A stretch of 36,661 nucleotides of DNA, from the NCBI GenBank assembly GCA_019243005.1, contig JAFAUY010000287.1, positions 1 to 36,661 of the forward strand. The letters are read 5' to 3'. Position 1 is the first letter of the stretch, and every line of letters starts with the position of its first letter. The position numbers and the translations under genes were made by a program. Shown piece by piece: positions 9,202 through 19,194 of this stretch. Origin of the DNA: Verrucomicrobiota bacterium (GTDB lineage Bacteria; Verrucomicrobiota; Verrucomicrobiia; Chthoniobacterales; JAFAMB01). A model generated the notes under the pieces. It was not told where the DNA came from. It did no database searches and worked only from the letters and a program-made list of their open reading frames with translations.

Positions 9202-10407
9202 TTATCGGTTTTTAGCGGGGCGGGGCGAGTTTCCGGCGATGCTCCGGACCAGTGCGCGCGAGGCGTAACGTGCGCCGGAGACAAACTGCATGAGCGGGCC
9301 GAAACTCCACGCGGCCGGGGCGCCAAGGATGTGCAGACCCGGGACCGAGGTTTCCAGCCCCTCTTTCAGCCGCGGGTAGCCGTTGAAGCGGTCGATCAAA
9401 CTGACGAGTCCCGGGGCGAGAAAATCGTATTTGGACAGATCGACCCGGTAGCCGGTGGCGAGCAGGATGTGATCGACGGTGCGCTCGCTGTGATCGTCCA
9501 GCTTGACCTTGACCTGTTCAGCGGCCGGTGTGACCTCCACCACCGAACGCCCGAGTTTGATCGGGGTATGATTTAGCCGGTCCACCAGCCAGCGAGCGCC
9601 GGCGGGCCGGACGGCGCGCTTTCTCAGCTTGTCCTGCAACCCGCGCGGCAACTGCCTGAGCAAATGAGGGCGGGCCAGGAGCTGGCTGAGAACGGCCGGC
9701 CCGACGTCGGTCGGCGCGTAGAGCAGGTTCCGGGTGAACGTTCCGAGCCGATGGTGCAGCGTCTTGGAGGCCCATCCGCCCAGCCAATGAATCCGAGGAG
9801 ACCGCGCGACGATTTCAACCCCGGCGCCTTCCTCGTGAAGCAAAGCTCCCGATTCCAAGGCGCTCTGCCCACCGCCGACGATGAGCACTCGTTTGCCGGC
9901 GAACTTCCGGAAGTCGCGGTGCTCTGAAGAGTGAGAAGTCAGGAAAGCGGGCAGGCTTCGAAAATCCGGCGGCCGCCAGGCAAACGCCCCGATGCCGGCC
10001 GCGATGACCACGCGCCGCGAAAGAACCGCGTCGCCGTCGGCGAGAGTGAGCCGAAACCCCTTAGGATGCGCTTCGAGGTGGGTGACGTTTCGACGGTCGA
10101 GGTCAGGCACCGCCTCGCGCTGGTACCAGAGGCCGTAGCCGACGAAGTGTTCGATCGGCACGGGCAGCGCGAATTTTGCGCCGTGCGCCGCCTGGTACGC
10201 TTCCAGCGTCAGTGCGCTGTCTGGATCCGCGATTTGCGTGGCGGTCCAGTTTGAACGGAGGAACATGCCGGCCGGCATGTTCTGATCCCAGAACGACATG
10301 GGCTGGCCAAATACCCGGACTTCCAAGCCCTTAATGGCGCGCAGATGCGCCGCCGCGGCAAGCCCATAAGGGCCTGCGCCGATGATCACTAAATCAAAGA
10401 TCGTCAT
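9202..10407 (-). CDS. FAD/NAD(P)-dependent oxidoreductase (flavin monooxygenase/pyridine nucleotide-disulfide oxidoreductase fold)
   Basis: Two Rossmann motifs GAGPYG and GGGQSA, ATGY, ETSVPGL; stop lies 5 bp before the ATP-grasp start. Confidence 0.85.
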   Translation of the reverse strand: MTIFDLVIIGAGPYGLAAAAHLRAIKGLEVRVFGQPMSFWDQNMPAGMFLRSNWTATQIADPDSALTLEAYQAAHGAKFALPVPIEHFVGYGLWYQREAVPDLDRRNVTHLEAHPKGFRLTLADGDAVLSRRVVIAAGIGAFAWRPPDFRSLPAFLTSHSSEHRDFRKFAGKRVLIVGGGQSALESGALLHEEGAGVEIVARSPRIHWLGGWASKTLHHRLGTFTRNLLYAPTDVGPAVLSQLLARPHLLRQLPRGLQDKLRKRAVRPAGARWLVDRLNHTPIKLGRSVVEVTPAAEQVKVKLDDHSERTVDHILLATGYRVDLSKYDFLAPGLVSLIDRFNGYPRLKEGLETSVPGLHILGAPAAWSFGPLMQFVSGARYASRALVRSIAGNSPRPAKNR

Positions 10408-10522
10408 TTTTCAGCTGCTTCAACATCATTTCGGCGATATCTAACATACCTAACTAATCCGTCCGTGACTGGATGAAAGGTTTGCCGTAACCCTCGTCCA
10501 GAATCCTGCACGGGCGCAGCGA

Positions 10523-11908
10523 TCAACGAACCGCCAGCTCGGCAGAAACGGTCTCCATCTCGTAAACAAGTTTGTCCTCCACCCGAACCGCATAGGCGAC
10601 CCTCGCTCGCTCGCTCCCCTTGCCGACAATCGTCCAGGAGCCGCCTGACTGAACCAGGGTCATTTCACTCCGCAGCTTCCACCACGCTGCGATCTCGCCG
10701 GGTAAGGCGATGCAAATCTTTCTCCGGGCACGCAACCCGGAAAGGTAGTCAAGCAGTTCCGCGTATACCCTTCGCGCGGCTGACTCGATCACGTAATCCG
10801 GGTGAACGATGAAGCTGATAAGGCCGTGCTTCGCGCCGATCAGGGCGATCTGCTGTTTCCAGAGCCGGATCGAATAATCTTTGAGGATGTAAAATAGAGA
10901 GTAGTCCTGCGTCGTCGTTACCGGCAGTTCGAGCGTTCTGCCGATGAAAAAGGGGAAAACGGTGCAGCAACCGCCGCGCTGAGGATCCAGGTGCGCCACG
11001 TTCGGCATTGACATGTCATAGGAGAAATCAAGCGCGTCGCACCAGTCCGCGTTTCGATAGAGCACCGCCGAGCGGAAGCCCAGGGCGCCGTATTCCTGCG
11101 CGTAACGCTTGATCCGTTCGGCCCGGCGCAGAAACTCCGCGCGCTCGGCAAACAGGTGGCCATCGTGGTTCAGGTCATGCACATTTACCTCAAACCCTCG
11201 CTCCCGCATGTTGTCCAGAAACCTTCGCGAGAACGAGTAGCGCTCCTCCGGCACCAGCTGGAACGAGGATTTGATCCCGAATGAATCGTTCAAATCCATG
11301 AGTTGAGGGCAGAAATCCAGGCCCGCGTGCGTTTCTACGTCGTGCGTCAACATCGCACAACTGCGGTTGCCATCCGGCCAGAACCAGATAAACGGAAGGC
11401 GGTCGAGGTTCCGGGATTTCATTGCCAGCAGCAGGAGTTGCTCCAGGATGTTCTCGACGGTTCGATCCACCGGCCACGAGGGGAAAGGAATCTTTTCCCA
11501 GCCGCGCAAATATAAAGATTGCAGGTGCTTGCGCACCGCGACGGACATGAATGGGCGGGCCGAGTAATACAAACTGCGCACCAGGCCACGGGTGGTGCGC
11601 AGGCCGCTGCGCGATGCCGATTTGTCGGTATACCGCTCGAGACGCAAATTGTTCACCACTTGAACCGGGTCAAAAGGAAGTAAAACCGTTTCCGCATGCG
11701 TGCTTACGTGCTGATAAGCGTCCTGAAGATTTCTTGCCGGGAGGATCGGAGCGACCCCGGAAGAACACTGCCCGTAACACACGGTCCCGGAGCCGAACTG
11801 AAAATAACCCAGCGCCAGCGAAAGATCTCGCGTTACTGAAAAGCGGGCAAAATCGTCGGGGCAACGATAGTGGCCCGACAGGAGCGCCTCAGCGTTGGCC
11901 TGTTGCAT
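10523..11908 (-). CDS. Polysaccharide deacetylase-like protein (copy 1)
   Basis: LTHDVE, VHDLNHDG, GFRS, YDMS, ELPVT, HPDY; a CE4/NodB-like motif arrangement. Confidence 0.7.
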   Translation of the reverse strand: MQQANAEALLSGHYRCPDDFARFSVTRDLSLALGYFQFGSGTVCYGQCSSGVAPILPARNLQDAYQHVSTHAETVLLPFDPVQVVNNLRLERYTDKSASRSGLRTTRGLVRSLYYSARPFMSVAVRKHLQSLYLRGWEKIPFPSWPVDRTVENILEQLLLLAMKSRNLDRLPFIWFWPDGNRSCAMLTHDVETHAGLDFCPQLMDLNDSFGIKSSFQLVPEERYSFSRRFLDNMRERGFEVNVHDLNHDGHLFAERAEFLRRAERIKRYAQEYGALGFRSAVLYRNADWCDALDFSYDMSMPNVAHLDPQRGGCCTVFPFFIGRTLELPVTTTQDYSLFYILKDYSIRLWKQQIALIGAKHGLISFIVHPDYVIESAARRVYAELLDYLSGLRARRKICIALPGEIAAWWKLRSEMTLVQSGGSWTIVGKGSERARVAYAVRVEDKLVYEMETVSAELAVR

Positions 11909-12289
11909 CAAAATGTTTCCTACTAATCATCCCCCGTACCGAACCTTGCACCAGAACCGGTACAAACCGTTAGCCAATGCTGCCGACCGGCGAATTATCT
12001 CGCGACCATCACGATGGCGTAGACAGCAGGTGATTTGACCGGGCTGGTGATCTGGTTGTTGATAGACGCTGGCATTGCAGAAGGCAATATTCTTTTACGC
12101 GCCCAGTTATGCATGAGGGAAACACCAATAGCCACTTCAGAGATTGAGGTGAGCCGTCGCAAAATTTTATCAGCTACAGTAGATCCCGGCATTTTAGGTT
12201 CGGGCCGGCCTTGCCGGGAAAACGGGATCCGAGCGATCCGGCAGCTGCGATAACTGGCAATTGAGAAAAATCAGCCGCGCTTTCCCCGC

Positions 12290-12745
12290 TCAGATGCCGA
12301 CCATAAACCAATCGGCAGGGCGCGGCTGCTGTATCTCCACGGCGAGCGAAGCCAGCGTTTTTTGGTCGAGAACCTGGCTGATGGCGTCTCGAACCCCTTT
12401 CATGACCAGGCGAATCGGGCAGGCGGCTTCATCGGGGCACTCCGGACACGGACGATAACCGCTGCGGCTGACGCAGCTCACCGGGGCGAGGGGACCTTCC
12501 ACCAGCCGGATGATACGACCGATCGTAATTTGATCGGGCGGCTCCTGGAGCGTGTACCCGCCACCCTTGCCGCGCGTGCTCTTCAGGATCCCTTCATTTT
12601 TCAAGGTAAGCAGGATGCTCTCCAGAAATTTGCGCGAGATTTTTTCTGCCGTTGCGATTTCCGCGATGGGCGTGACGCCGTTTCCGTAACGCTGGGCAAG
12701 GTATAATGCCGCCCGAACCGCGTATTTGCCCTTTCGCGAAATCAT
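12290..12745 (-). CDS. Rrf2 family transcriptional regulator with a Cys-rich C-terminal region
   Basis: MISRKGKYAVRA, KFLE.IL..L...G...S.RG.GGGY.L, CVS....PC.EC.DE..C. Likely start is ATG 12745, not 13180. Confidence 0.9.
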   Translation of the reverse strand: MISRKGKYAVRAALYLAQRYGNGVTPIAEIATAEKISRKFLESILLTLKNEGILKSTRGKGGGYTLQEPPDQITIGRIIRLVEGPLAPVSCVSRSGYRPCPECPDEAACPIRLVMKGVRDAISQVLDQKTLASLAVEIQQPRPADWFMVGI

Positions 12746-12809
12746 CGAGTAATCGCCGGCACGCTGCCGGGGAACGGTGGTCCGAGGAAACGGGGCGTAT
12801 TCATAGCGC

Positions 12810-12835
12810 ATTATAGTCCCTATGAAGTTGATAGG
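12810..12835 (-). promoter_or_regulatory. Rrf2 promoter: TATAAT -10 box next to the palindrome CCTAT-N7-ATAGG (candidate operator)
   Basis: Minus strand reads aatCCTATcaacttcATAGGgacTATAAT, 65-90 bp upstream of the Rrf2 ATG. Confidence 0.55.
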
Positions 12836-13501
12836 ATTCAAGCAAAACCTCGGATTTGCCGGTAGGCGCGATTCGGCCCTCTCGGGGCGGGAATACGGCA
12901 AGGCCAACGGGCTCCGGCGGGCACGGCGCAACACGGCCGCCGCCGCGTCCTCGAACCCCGAACGCCAGCCGGCACCCGATTCCTCTCCCCGCCGTCGCGA
13001 GCCCCCAAACCTCCCGACGGGAGGCAGCCCGCTCAAAGTCGCGCCGCGCAGGTTCCCTGACCGGCGGCCCGCCTCTCCGGTGCGCTCTTTGGCATAAAGA
13101 AACGCCGTCTCGACTTTCAGCTCTAACAAATTTATGGAGTTTTCTGATACATTTTGGTCGATCTGAGAAACTCTGACCACTGACCCGCTCGTGACCGATA
13201 ATTCTTAACCCCCGTGCACCCGGTTGGTACTTAGTCCTGCGAAGCCGCGATGGTTTGCCGATGTATTTAGACCCCAGGCAGGCGAGCATATACAACGTTT
13301 GAGACGGGTCCTCCGTAGGCGTTTCCATGCCAACTTGTTGTCAGGTGTTTAGGCCTAAGTTAACCAATTGCGCCGGCCTAGGGAAACGACGTGGACGCCA
13401 GAGCGCCTTGCACCAAGGGCGGCCGGGTACGGCAGAACCGGTGTGGTCCTGTTTTGGGTCATCCACGTTCTACCCGCCAAGCAGCGCTTCAGGGTCCGAG
13501 C

Positions 13502-14650
13502 ATGAGCATTACAAACGAGGCTGATCTAAAGTGGAAGAGCGGTACGGGTACGACGGTAATCACCCGGGTGACGGCAGATCTGGTCCCCGCCATCAGAGAT
13601 TTTAATTCACGCCTGGATGCCGCCGGTGCGCCGCGGGAGTTCCGGTTCCCGGAGTCTCATGTTTCCAGGTGGCTCCCCAAGGTGGACCAGCGACGGCTCT
13701 ATGAGGAATACTTTGCGTTGCTAGAGAGGGGTACCGTTCGCGGCTGTTACATTTTCAAACACCAGGATTTCTCATTTAACGGCGTGATCCGCCCGGTCGG
13801 CTTTTGGCATTGGTCGATATCCGAAGGGATGGTCAACAACAAGTACTTCTGGGTTGCTTCCCAGATGCTGGGGCCTGAATTGAAGGCTCAGCCCCTAATC
13901 TATGGCTTGGCGATGAGCGATCAGCTCACGCGGCTGTTGACGGGCCTCGGTTGGAATGTGTGCCGGGTGCCGTTCTACTTTAAGATGAATCGCCCCGGGC
14001 CTTGCCTGAGCGAAATCCGCGCGTTCCGAAAAACCAGGGTTCAACGGTTGATAGTGAACATCGCAGCTAGAACAGGAATCGGAGGACTTGCGCTCAGGGC
14101 TCTGCAGGGTGCCCGCGAGAGTCGCGCTCGGCGCGATGAACGGGCGGAGATCGTCGCGGACTTCTCCGCCTGGACTGACGACTTGTGGGACGCATGCAAA
14201 GGGCGGTACGCGATGATCGCCGTCCGGGACAGTGAAAACCTAAACATCTTGTACCCTGCAGGCAGCAGGTTCTTGTGCTGCAAAGTCATCCGCGGCAACG
14301 CCGTTCTGGGCTGGGCTGTGATTCTGGACACGCAGATGCACGACAACAAGCATTTCGGGAACCTGCGGGTGGGGTCGATCGTGGATTGTCTTGCATTACC
14401 GGAACAAGCGTTCGGGGTAATCCGAGCAGCCACGCAGGTACTCGAAGCTCGCGGGGTGGATGTGATTGTGAGTAACCAGTCCCACGCTGCCTGGGGCGCA
14501 GCCCTGCGACGCGCGGGATTTCTCCGGGGTCCTTCAAATCTCCCTTTTGCAGCGTCGCGCGAACTAACCAAACTGATTGAGCCGTTCCCATCCAAAATGG
14601 CACAAGTTCATTTGACCCGTGGGGATGGCGACGGTCCGATCCATCTTTAG
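13502..14650 (+). CDS. Hypothetical protein, probable GNAT-like acyltransferase fold
   Basis: Long ORF heading an operon; C-terminal half resembles GNAT/FemAB-like proteins (D.LW, RD...LN..Y, G.IVD.LA, L...GF). The fold is inferred. Confidence 0.55.
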   Translation: MSITNEADLKWKSGTGTTVITRVTADLVPAIRDFNSRLDAAGAPREFRFPESHVSRWLPKVDQRRLYEEYFALLERGTVRGCYIFKHQDFSFNGVIRPVGFWHWSISEGMVNNKYFWVASQMLGPELKAQPLIYGLAMSDQLTRLLTGLGWNVCRVPFYFKMNRPGPCLSEIRAFRKTRVQRLIVNIAARTGIGGLALRALQGARESRARRDERAEIVADFSAWTDDLWDACKGRYAMIAVRDSENLNILYPAGSRFLCCKVIRGNAVLGWAVILDTQMHDNKHFGNLRVGSIVDCLALPEQAFGVIRAATQVLEARGVDVIVSNQSHAAWGAALRRAGFLRGPSNLPFAASRELTKLIEPFPSKMAQVHLTRGDGDGPIHL

Positions 14651-14731
14651 TCTATCTTTAACGAGGAGCGCGCCGCCTGCTGCGCAATCCGATTCAACCC
14701 TCAATATCGAACATTTAAGGTCGAACATTTA

Positions 14732-15772
14732 ATGACCAACAACGGATCTTCAAAATCGATCGAACTGTTTTCCACCTGCCCGCAGTCCAGCGCGATTCAA
14801 GCCGACTCCTACGTGCGCAGGGTAGCCGACGTGGCGCGCTGGAGCGAGCAGTGCGGCTGCAAAGGTATTCTCGTCTATACGGATAACTCGCTGGTGGATG
14901 CCTGGCTCGTATCCCAGCTCATCATCCAAAACACGGAGCGGCTGTGCCCGCTGGTCGCCGTGCAGCCCGTCTACATGCATCCGTATTCCGTCGCCAAGAT
15001 GGTCGCCTCGTTCGGCCACCTGTACGGCCGGCGCATTTACCTGAACATGGTGGCGGGCGGCTTCAAAAATGACCTAGCCGCTCTCAACGATCTCACACCC
15101 CATGATAAGCGATATGCCCGCCTCGTCGAGTACACCACCATCATCAAGGAACTCCTGACGAGTCCGGCGCCCGTGACCTTTGAGGGTGAATTCTACAATG
15201 TAAACAAACTGAAAATGACGCCGTCGCTGGCGGCCGAACTCTTCCCCGGCATCTTCATTTCCGGGTCATCCGAGGCGGGCCTCGCGTCGGCCAAAGCCCT
15301 TAAGGCGACGGCCGTCAGGTATCCGAAGCCTGTCAAAGAATATGAAGGCGAGGCCCCGCCCGACGGGGTGGATTCCGGTGCCCGGGTGGGAATCATCGCC
15401 CGCAGCGCCGAAGCTGAGGCTTGGGAGATCGCCGAGCAGCGGTTTCCCGAAGACCGGAAAGGCCAGATCACTCACCAGTTGGCGATGAAAGCTTCGGATT
15501 CATTCTGGCATTACCGGTTATCCCAGATCGCGAAAGAGACCAGAACGGGCAGAAGTCCATATTGGTTGCGGCCTTTTGAGAGTTACAAGACTTTCTGTCC
15601 CTATTTGGTTGGAAGTTACGATCAGGTCGCCGAGGAACTGGCACGATACGTCAAGCTTGGATACAGGACCTTCATACTGGACATCCCGCCCGATCAAGAG
15701 GAACTGCAGCATATCGCAATTGTCTTTGATCTTGCCTCCCGGATGCAGACAGAGGAGGGGGCAAGTCGATGA
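14732..15772 (+). CDS. Luciferase-like (LLM) flavin-dependent monooxygenase, SsuD-related
   Basis: TERL.PLVA.QP..M.P..VA.M.A, GR..LN.V.GG, HD.RY.R..EY, F.GEFY, SGSS.AG, LVGSY..VA..L..Y..LG...FIL. Confidence 0.85.
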   Translation: MTNNGSSKSIELFSTCPQSSAIQADSYVRRVADVARWSEQCGCKGILVYTDNSLVDAWLVSQLIIQNTERLCPLVAVQPVYMHPYSVAKMVASFGHLYGRRIYLNMVAGGFKNDLAALNDLTPHDKRYARLVEYTTIIKELLTSPAPVTFEGEFYNVNKLKMTPSLAAELFPGIFISGSSEAGLASAKALKATAVRYPKPVKEYEGEAPPDGVDSGARVGIIARSAEAEAWEIAEQRFPEDRKGQITHQLAMKASDSFWHYRLSQIAKETRTGRSPYWLRPFESYKTFCPYLVGSYDQVAEELARYVKLGYRTFILDIPPDQEELQHIAIVFDLASRMQTEEGASR

Positions 15773-17379
15773 CAGAGCCTGCCGCGTTCAGAAGCCTCAT
15801 TGACGGCTTTGTCCAATCCGTTAACCGCTTTCCTTTGAGGGAAGCCCTTGTCGTGGATGGCGAACGTCTTACCTACCTCACGCTGCAACGCCTCGCAGGT
15901 AAGATTGCGTCCACGATCCTGCAGCACGAGCAGGATGGGTTCCCTCTCGTGGGGCTCCTGGCGCATCGGAGCAAAACGGCCTATGCAGGTGTACTGGGCA
16001 TACTTGGCGCAGGGAAAGGATATGTCCCGCTGAATCCCAAATTCCCGATAGAGCGTACACGAAGGATGCTGGCTCTCTCCGGGTGTGGAATGCTGATCGC
16101 GGGAAGAGAGGGTTTTCGGCACTTGCCAGAGCTCTTGATGGATGCCGGCCGGCCTTTAACGGTGATCCTTCCGGACGCTTTCGACGCAGGTGATCTATCA
16201 TCAGACTTTCCTCAGCACCGATTCGTCTCATCGCAAAAGATGACCGGTGGTGACGCGTTTTCTTCCGGGATAACGGCTAACCCGGCCAGGATCGCTTACC
16301 TGCTGTTTACTTCAGGAAGTACCGGCCAACCAAAGGGCGTTCCTATCCCCCAATCAAACGTGCGCTCATACGTCCAGCATGTTTGCGATCGGTACGATGT
16401 GAACGAGACCGACCGTTTTTCGCAGGAGTTTGATCTCACGTTTGACTTGAGCGATCACGACATGTTCGTGTGTTGGGAGCGTGGCGCCTGCTTGTTCTCA
16501 GTGCCGGAAAAATCAGTTCTGGCCCCGGCAAAGTTTATCCGTGAACACCGGTTGACCATGTGGTTCTCGGTGCCTTCGGTGATCGGGCTTCTTGTACGAA
16601 TGAGATTGTTGTCGCCCGGCTGTTTTCCATCCCTACGATACAGCCTGTTTTGCGGAGAACCTCTGTCCGCCTCCTACGCCCAACGCTGGCAGGAAGCCGC
16701 CCCGAATTCGATTTTGGAAAACTTGTACGGGCCTACTGAGACAACGATCGCCATTTCTCATTATCGTTGGAACAAAAGCGGCTCTCTTGAGGCGGAATGT
16801 GTGAATGGGATTGTGCCCATCGGCTGGATCTTCGACGGGCAGGCGTGCAGGGTCATCGATGCCGACCGAAAAGCTGTTTCGGCCGGGGTTCCCGGAGAAC
16901 TGTGCCTGTGCGGCTCGCAAGTAACCACCGGCTACTGGAATGACCCTGCGAGAACTCAGGAGCAGTTTGTCCGGTTGCCGGGTGCCGGGGAGGACCTCTG
17001 GTACCGAACCGGGGACATGGTCCAGCAAAGTGCGGACGGTTGCCTGTACTATCTGGGCAGAATGGACCATCAAGTCAAAGTCCGCGGCTACCGGGTGGAG
17101 TTGCAAGAAATCGAGGCGGTGCTTCGAAAGGCGTGTGGCACCGAACAGGTCGTGGCGATCGCCTGGCCGGTTGAAAACGGCAGTGCGGACGGAATCGTTG
17201 CCTTTGTTTCCGGGGCCGGCGGTTTCGATCACGATCGGGTATTGGATTACTGTGGCAGAGTTCTGCCCGGGTATATGGTTCCAAGAAAGCTCTATTTGTG
17301 TGACGAATTTCCGCTCAATGCCAACGGCAAGATTGACCGTGCCAGGCTGGTCTGTATACTCACGGGCAGGGAGAAATGA
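15769..17379 (+). CDS. Stand-alone amino acid adenylation enzyme (DltA-like)
   Basis: A3 LFTSGSTGQPKG, A4 FDLS, A5 NLYGPTE, A7 YRTGD, A8 GR.D.QVK.RG.R.EL.EIE, A10 NGKIDR; ATGA overlap with the LLM gene. Confidence 0.92.
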   Translation: MTEPAAFRSLIDGFVQSVNRFPLREALVVDGERLTYLTLQRLAGKIASTILQHEQDGFPLVGLLAHRSKTAYAGVLGILGAGKGYVPLNPKFPIERTRRMLALSGCGMLIAGREGFRHLPELLMDAGRPLTVILPDAFDAGDLSSDFPQHRFVSSQKMTGGDAFSSGITANPARIAYLLFTSGSTGQPKGVPIPQSNVRSYVQHVCDRYDVNETDRFSQEFDLTFDLSDHDMFVCWERGACLFSVPEKSVLAPAKFIREHRLTMWFSVPSVIGLLVRMRLLSPGCFPSLRYSLFCGEPLSASYAQRWQEAAPNSILENLYGPTETTIAISHYRWNKSGSLEAECVNGIVPIGWIFDGQACRVIDADRKAVSAGVPGELCLCGSQVTTGYWNDPARTQEQFVRLPGAGEDLWYRTGDMVQQSADGCLYYLGRMDHQVKVRGYRVELQEIEAVLRKACGTEQVVAIAWPVENGSADGIVAFVSGAGGFDHDRVLDYCGRVLPGYMVPRKLYLCDEFPLNANGKIDRARLVCILTGREK

Positions 17380-17708
17380 AGCCGAAATTTGAACTTGAAA
17401 TCGTCGATCTGGCCGTCCGCTGGGTGAAACAAAACATGCAGACAAGTGGCAACCGTCATGTGGAGCTTACCGGGGACACGGACCTGATGGAAAGCGGGCT
17501 GCTAGATTCAGTCGGATTCGTTGAATTGATTGTGTTTATAGAAAGTCAAACGGGCTGTAATATCGACCTTACCGATGTCGATCCCAGCGAATTTACGACG
17601 ATGGATGGCCTGTGTAGGATCGCGTTGAGAAATTATCAAGCGCCCAAGACGATGCAACCAGCCGTTAACCCGACGGTTGAGACGTGCCCGCGGCTGGCCA
17701 ACACTTAG
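17376..17708 (+). CDS. Acyl/aminoacyl carrier protein (DltC-like)
   Basis: DLMESGLLDSVGFVELI phosphopantetheine Ser motif; ATGA overlap with the A-domain gene. Confidence 0.85.
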   Translation: MKPKFELEIVDLAVRWVKQNMQTSGNRHVELTGDTDLMESGLLDSVGFVELIVFIESQTGCNIDLTDVDPSEFTTMDGLCRIALRNYQAPKTMQPAVNPTVETCPRLANT

Positions 17709-17835
17709 GCACAAGGTTTTGACGACGTAGGCCCCTCGGGGCCGCCTCCGGCGGACGGCGCGTGGCATTCTCCGGAGGCCGGGTGGTGGCGGGTGAAAGG
17801 TCCGGCGCGGGCGCAAACCATCGCCACCGTCCCCA

Positions 17836-19194
17836 TCACGTCATCTCGTACACGAGCGTGTCGTTCACCCGAACCGCGTAGGCGACCCTCGCTCGCTCAC
17901 TCCCTTTTCCGGCGATCTGCCAGGAGCCTCCTGAAGCAACCAGTTTCATCTCGCTTCGCATCTTCCACCACGCCGCAATCTCACCGGGCAGGGCAGTGTA
18001 AATCTCGCCCTGGGCGCGCAACTCAGAGAGGTATTCCAGCAACTCGGTGTACACCCCGCGCGCGGTGTGCTCGATCACGTAGTCCGGGTGAATGATGAAG
18101 CTGATAAGGCCGTGTTTCTCCCGGATCAAAGCGATCTGCTGTTTCCAGAGGCGGATCGAGTAGTCCTTGAGGATGTGAAACAGGGAGTAGTCTTGTGTGG
18201 TAGTTACCGGCAGTTCGAGGGTATTCCCGATGAAAAAGGGGAACACGGTGCAACAGCCGCCACGCTGCGGATCCAGATGCGCTACGTTCGGCGTCGACAT
18301 ATCATAGCAAAAGCTAAGCGCATCGCACCAGTCGGCATTTCGATAAAGCACAGCTGAGCGGAAGCCCAGAGTGCCGTATTCCTGCGCGTAACGTTTTATC
18401 CGTTCGGCGCGGCGCAGAAACTCCGCGCGGTCGCTGAAAAGACGGCCATCGTGGTTCAAGTCATGGACATTGACTTCGAAGCCTCGAGCCCGGATATTTT
18501 CCAGAAACGTCGGTGAGAGCGCGTATCGTCCCTCAGGCACAAGTTGGAATGATGACTTGATTCCGAAAGAATCGTTCAAGTCCATGAGTTGCGGGCAGAA
18601 ATCCGCCCCCGCACGCGTTTCTACATCGTGCGTTAGCATCGCGCAGCTGCGGTTGCCGTCTGGCCAGAACCAGATGAACGGAAGGCGGTCGATGTTCCGG
18701 GCATCCATGCCCAGGATCAGGAGTTGCTCGAAGATGTTCTCGACGGTTCGATCCACCGGCCATGAGGGGAAAGGAATCCTTTCCCACCCACGCAGATACA
18801 AATTTTGAAGGTGCTTCCGTACGGCAACGGACATGAACGGGCGGACCGAGTAATACAGGCTTTGCACCACGTTGCGGGTGGCGCGCTTACCACTGCGCGA
18901 TGCCGTTTTAGCGGTGTACCGCTCGAGGCGCAGGTTGTTGACGACTTGAACCGGGTCGAAAGGAAGCAAAACCAGGCCGTCGTGTATGCGCACGTGCGGA
19001 CGAGCGTCGTGGATGGCTCCTGTCCGGAGAGACGCAGAGACGCCGGAGGAACACTGCCCGTAGCAAGTTATCCCGGGCCCGAACTGAAAATAATCCGGCA
19101 TTGGGGATAGATCCGGCATTACCGAAAAACTGGCAAAATCGTCGGGGCAGTGATAGTGGCCCGACAGGAGCGCCGTTGCGTTAGCCTGTTGCAT
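17836..19194 (-). CDS. Polysaccharide deacetylase-like protein (copy 2)
   Basis: Same motifs as 10523-11908 and colinear with it; start set at MQQANA by comparison with copy 1. Confidence 0.7.
   Translation of the reverse strand: MQQANATALLSGHYHCPDDFASFSVMPDLSPMPDYFQFGPGITCYGQCSSGVSASLRTGAIHDARPHVRIHDGLVLLPFDPVQVVNNLRLERYTAKTASRSGKRATRNVVQSLYYSVRPFMSVAVRKHLQNLYLRGWERIPFPSWPVDRTVENIFEQLLILGMDARNIDRLPFIWFWPDGNRSCAMLTHDVETRAGADFCPQLMDLNDSFGIKSSFQLVPEGRYALSPTFLENIRARGFEVNVHDLNHDGRLFSDRAEFLRRAERIKRYAQEYGTLGFRSAVLYRNADWCDALSFCYDMSTPNVAHLDPQRGGCCTVFPFFIGNTLELPVTTTQDYSLFHILKDYSIRLWKQQIALIREKHGLISFIIHPDYVIEHTARGVYTELLEYLSELRAQGEIYTALPGEIAAWWKMRSEMKLVASGGSWQIAGKGSERARVAYAVRVNDTLVYEMT

Noticed and set aside
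11995-12253. Small overlapping ORFs between deacetylase copy 1 and Rrf2
   Set aside because: Short, on opposite strands, with no recognisable motif; cannot be supported as genes.
13010-13024. Hairpin cctccc-gac-gggagg in the divergent intergenic region
   Set aside because: Only a 6-bp stem with no U tract; could be chance in GC-rich sequence.
12746-13180. N-terminal extension of the Rrf2 ORF (296 aa in the track)
   Set aside because: Low-complexity Arg/Gly-rich translation that spans the promoter and operator; the Rrf2 domain begins at ATG 12745.
13310-13335. Possible sigma-54 promoter (TGGCATGGAAACGC, minus strand)
   Set aside because: GG-GC spacing is 9 rather than the required 10 nt.
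15769-17708. Calling these genes dltA/dltC or an NRPS
   Set aside because: No dltB or dltD, no C or TE domains, and the substrate is unknown.
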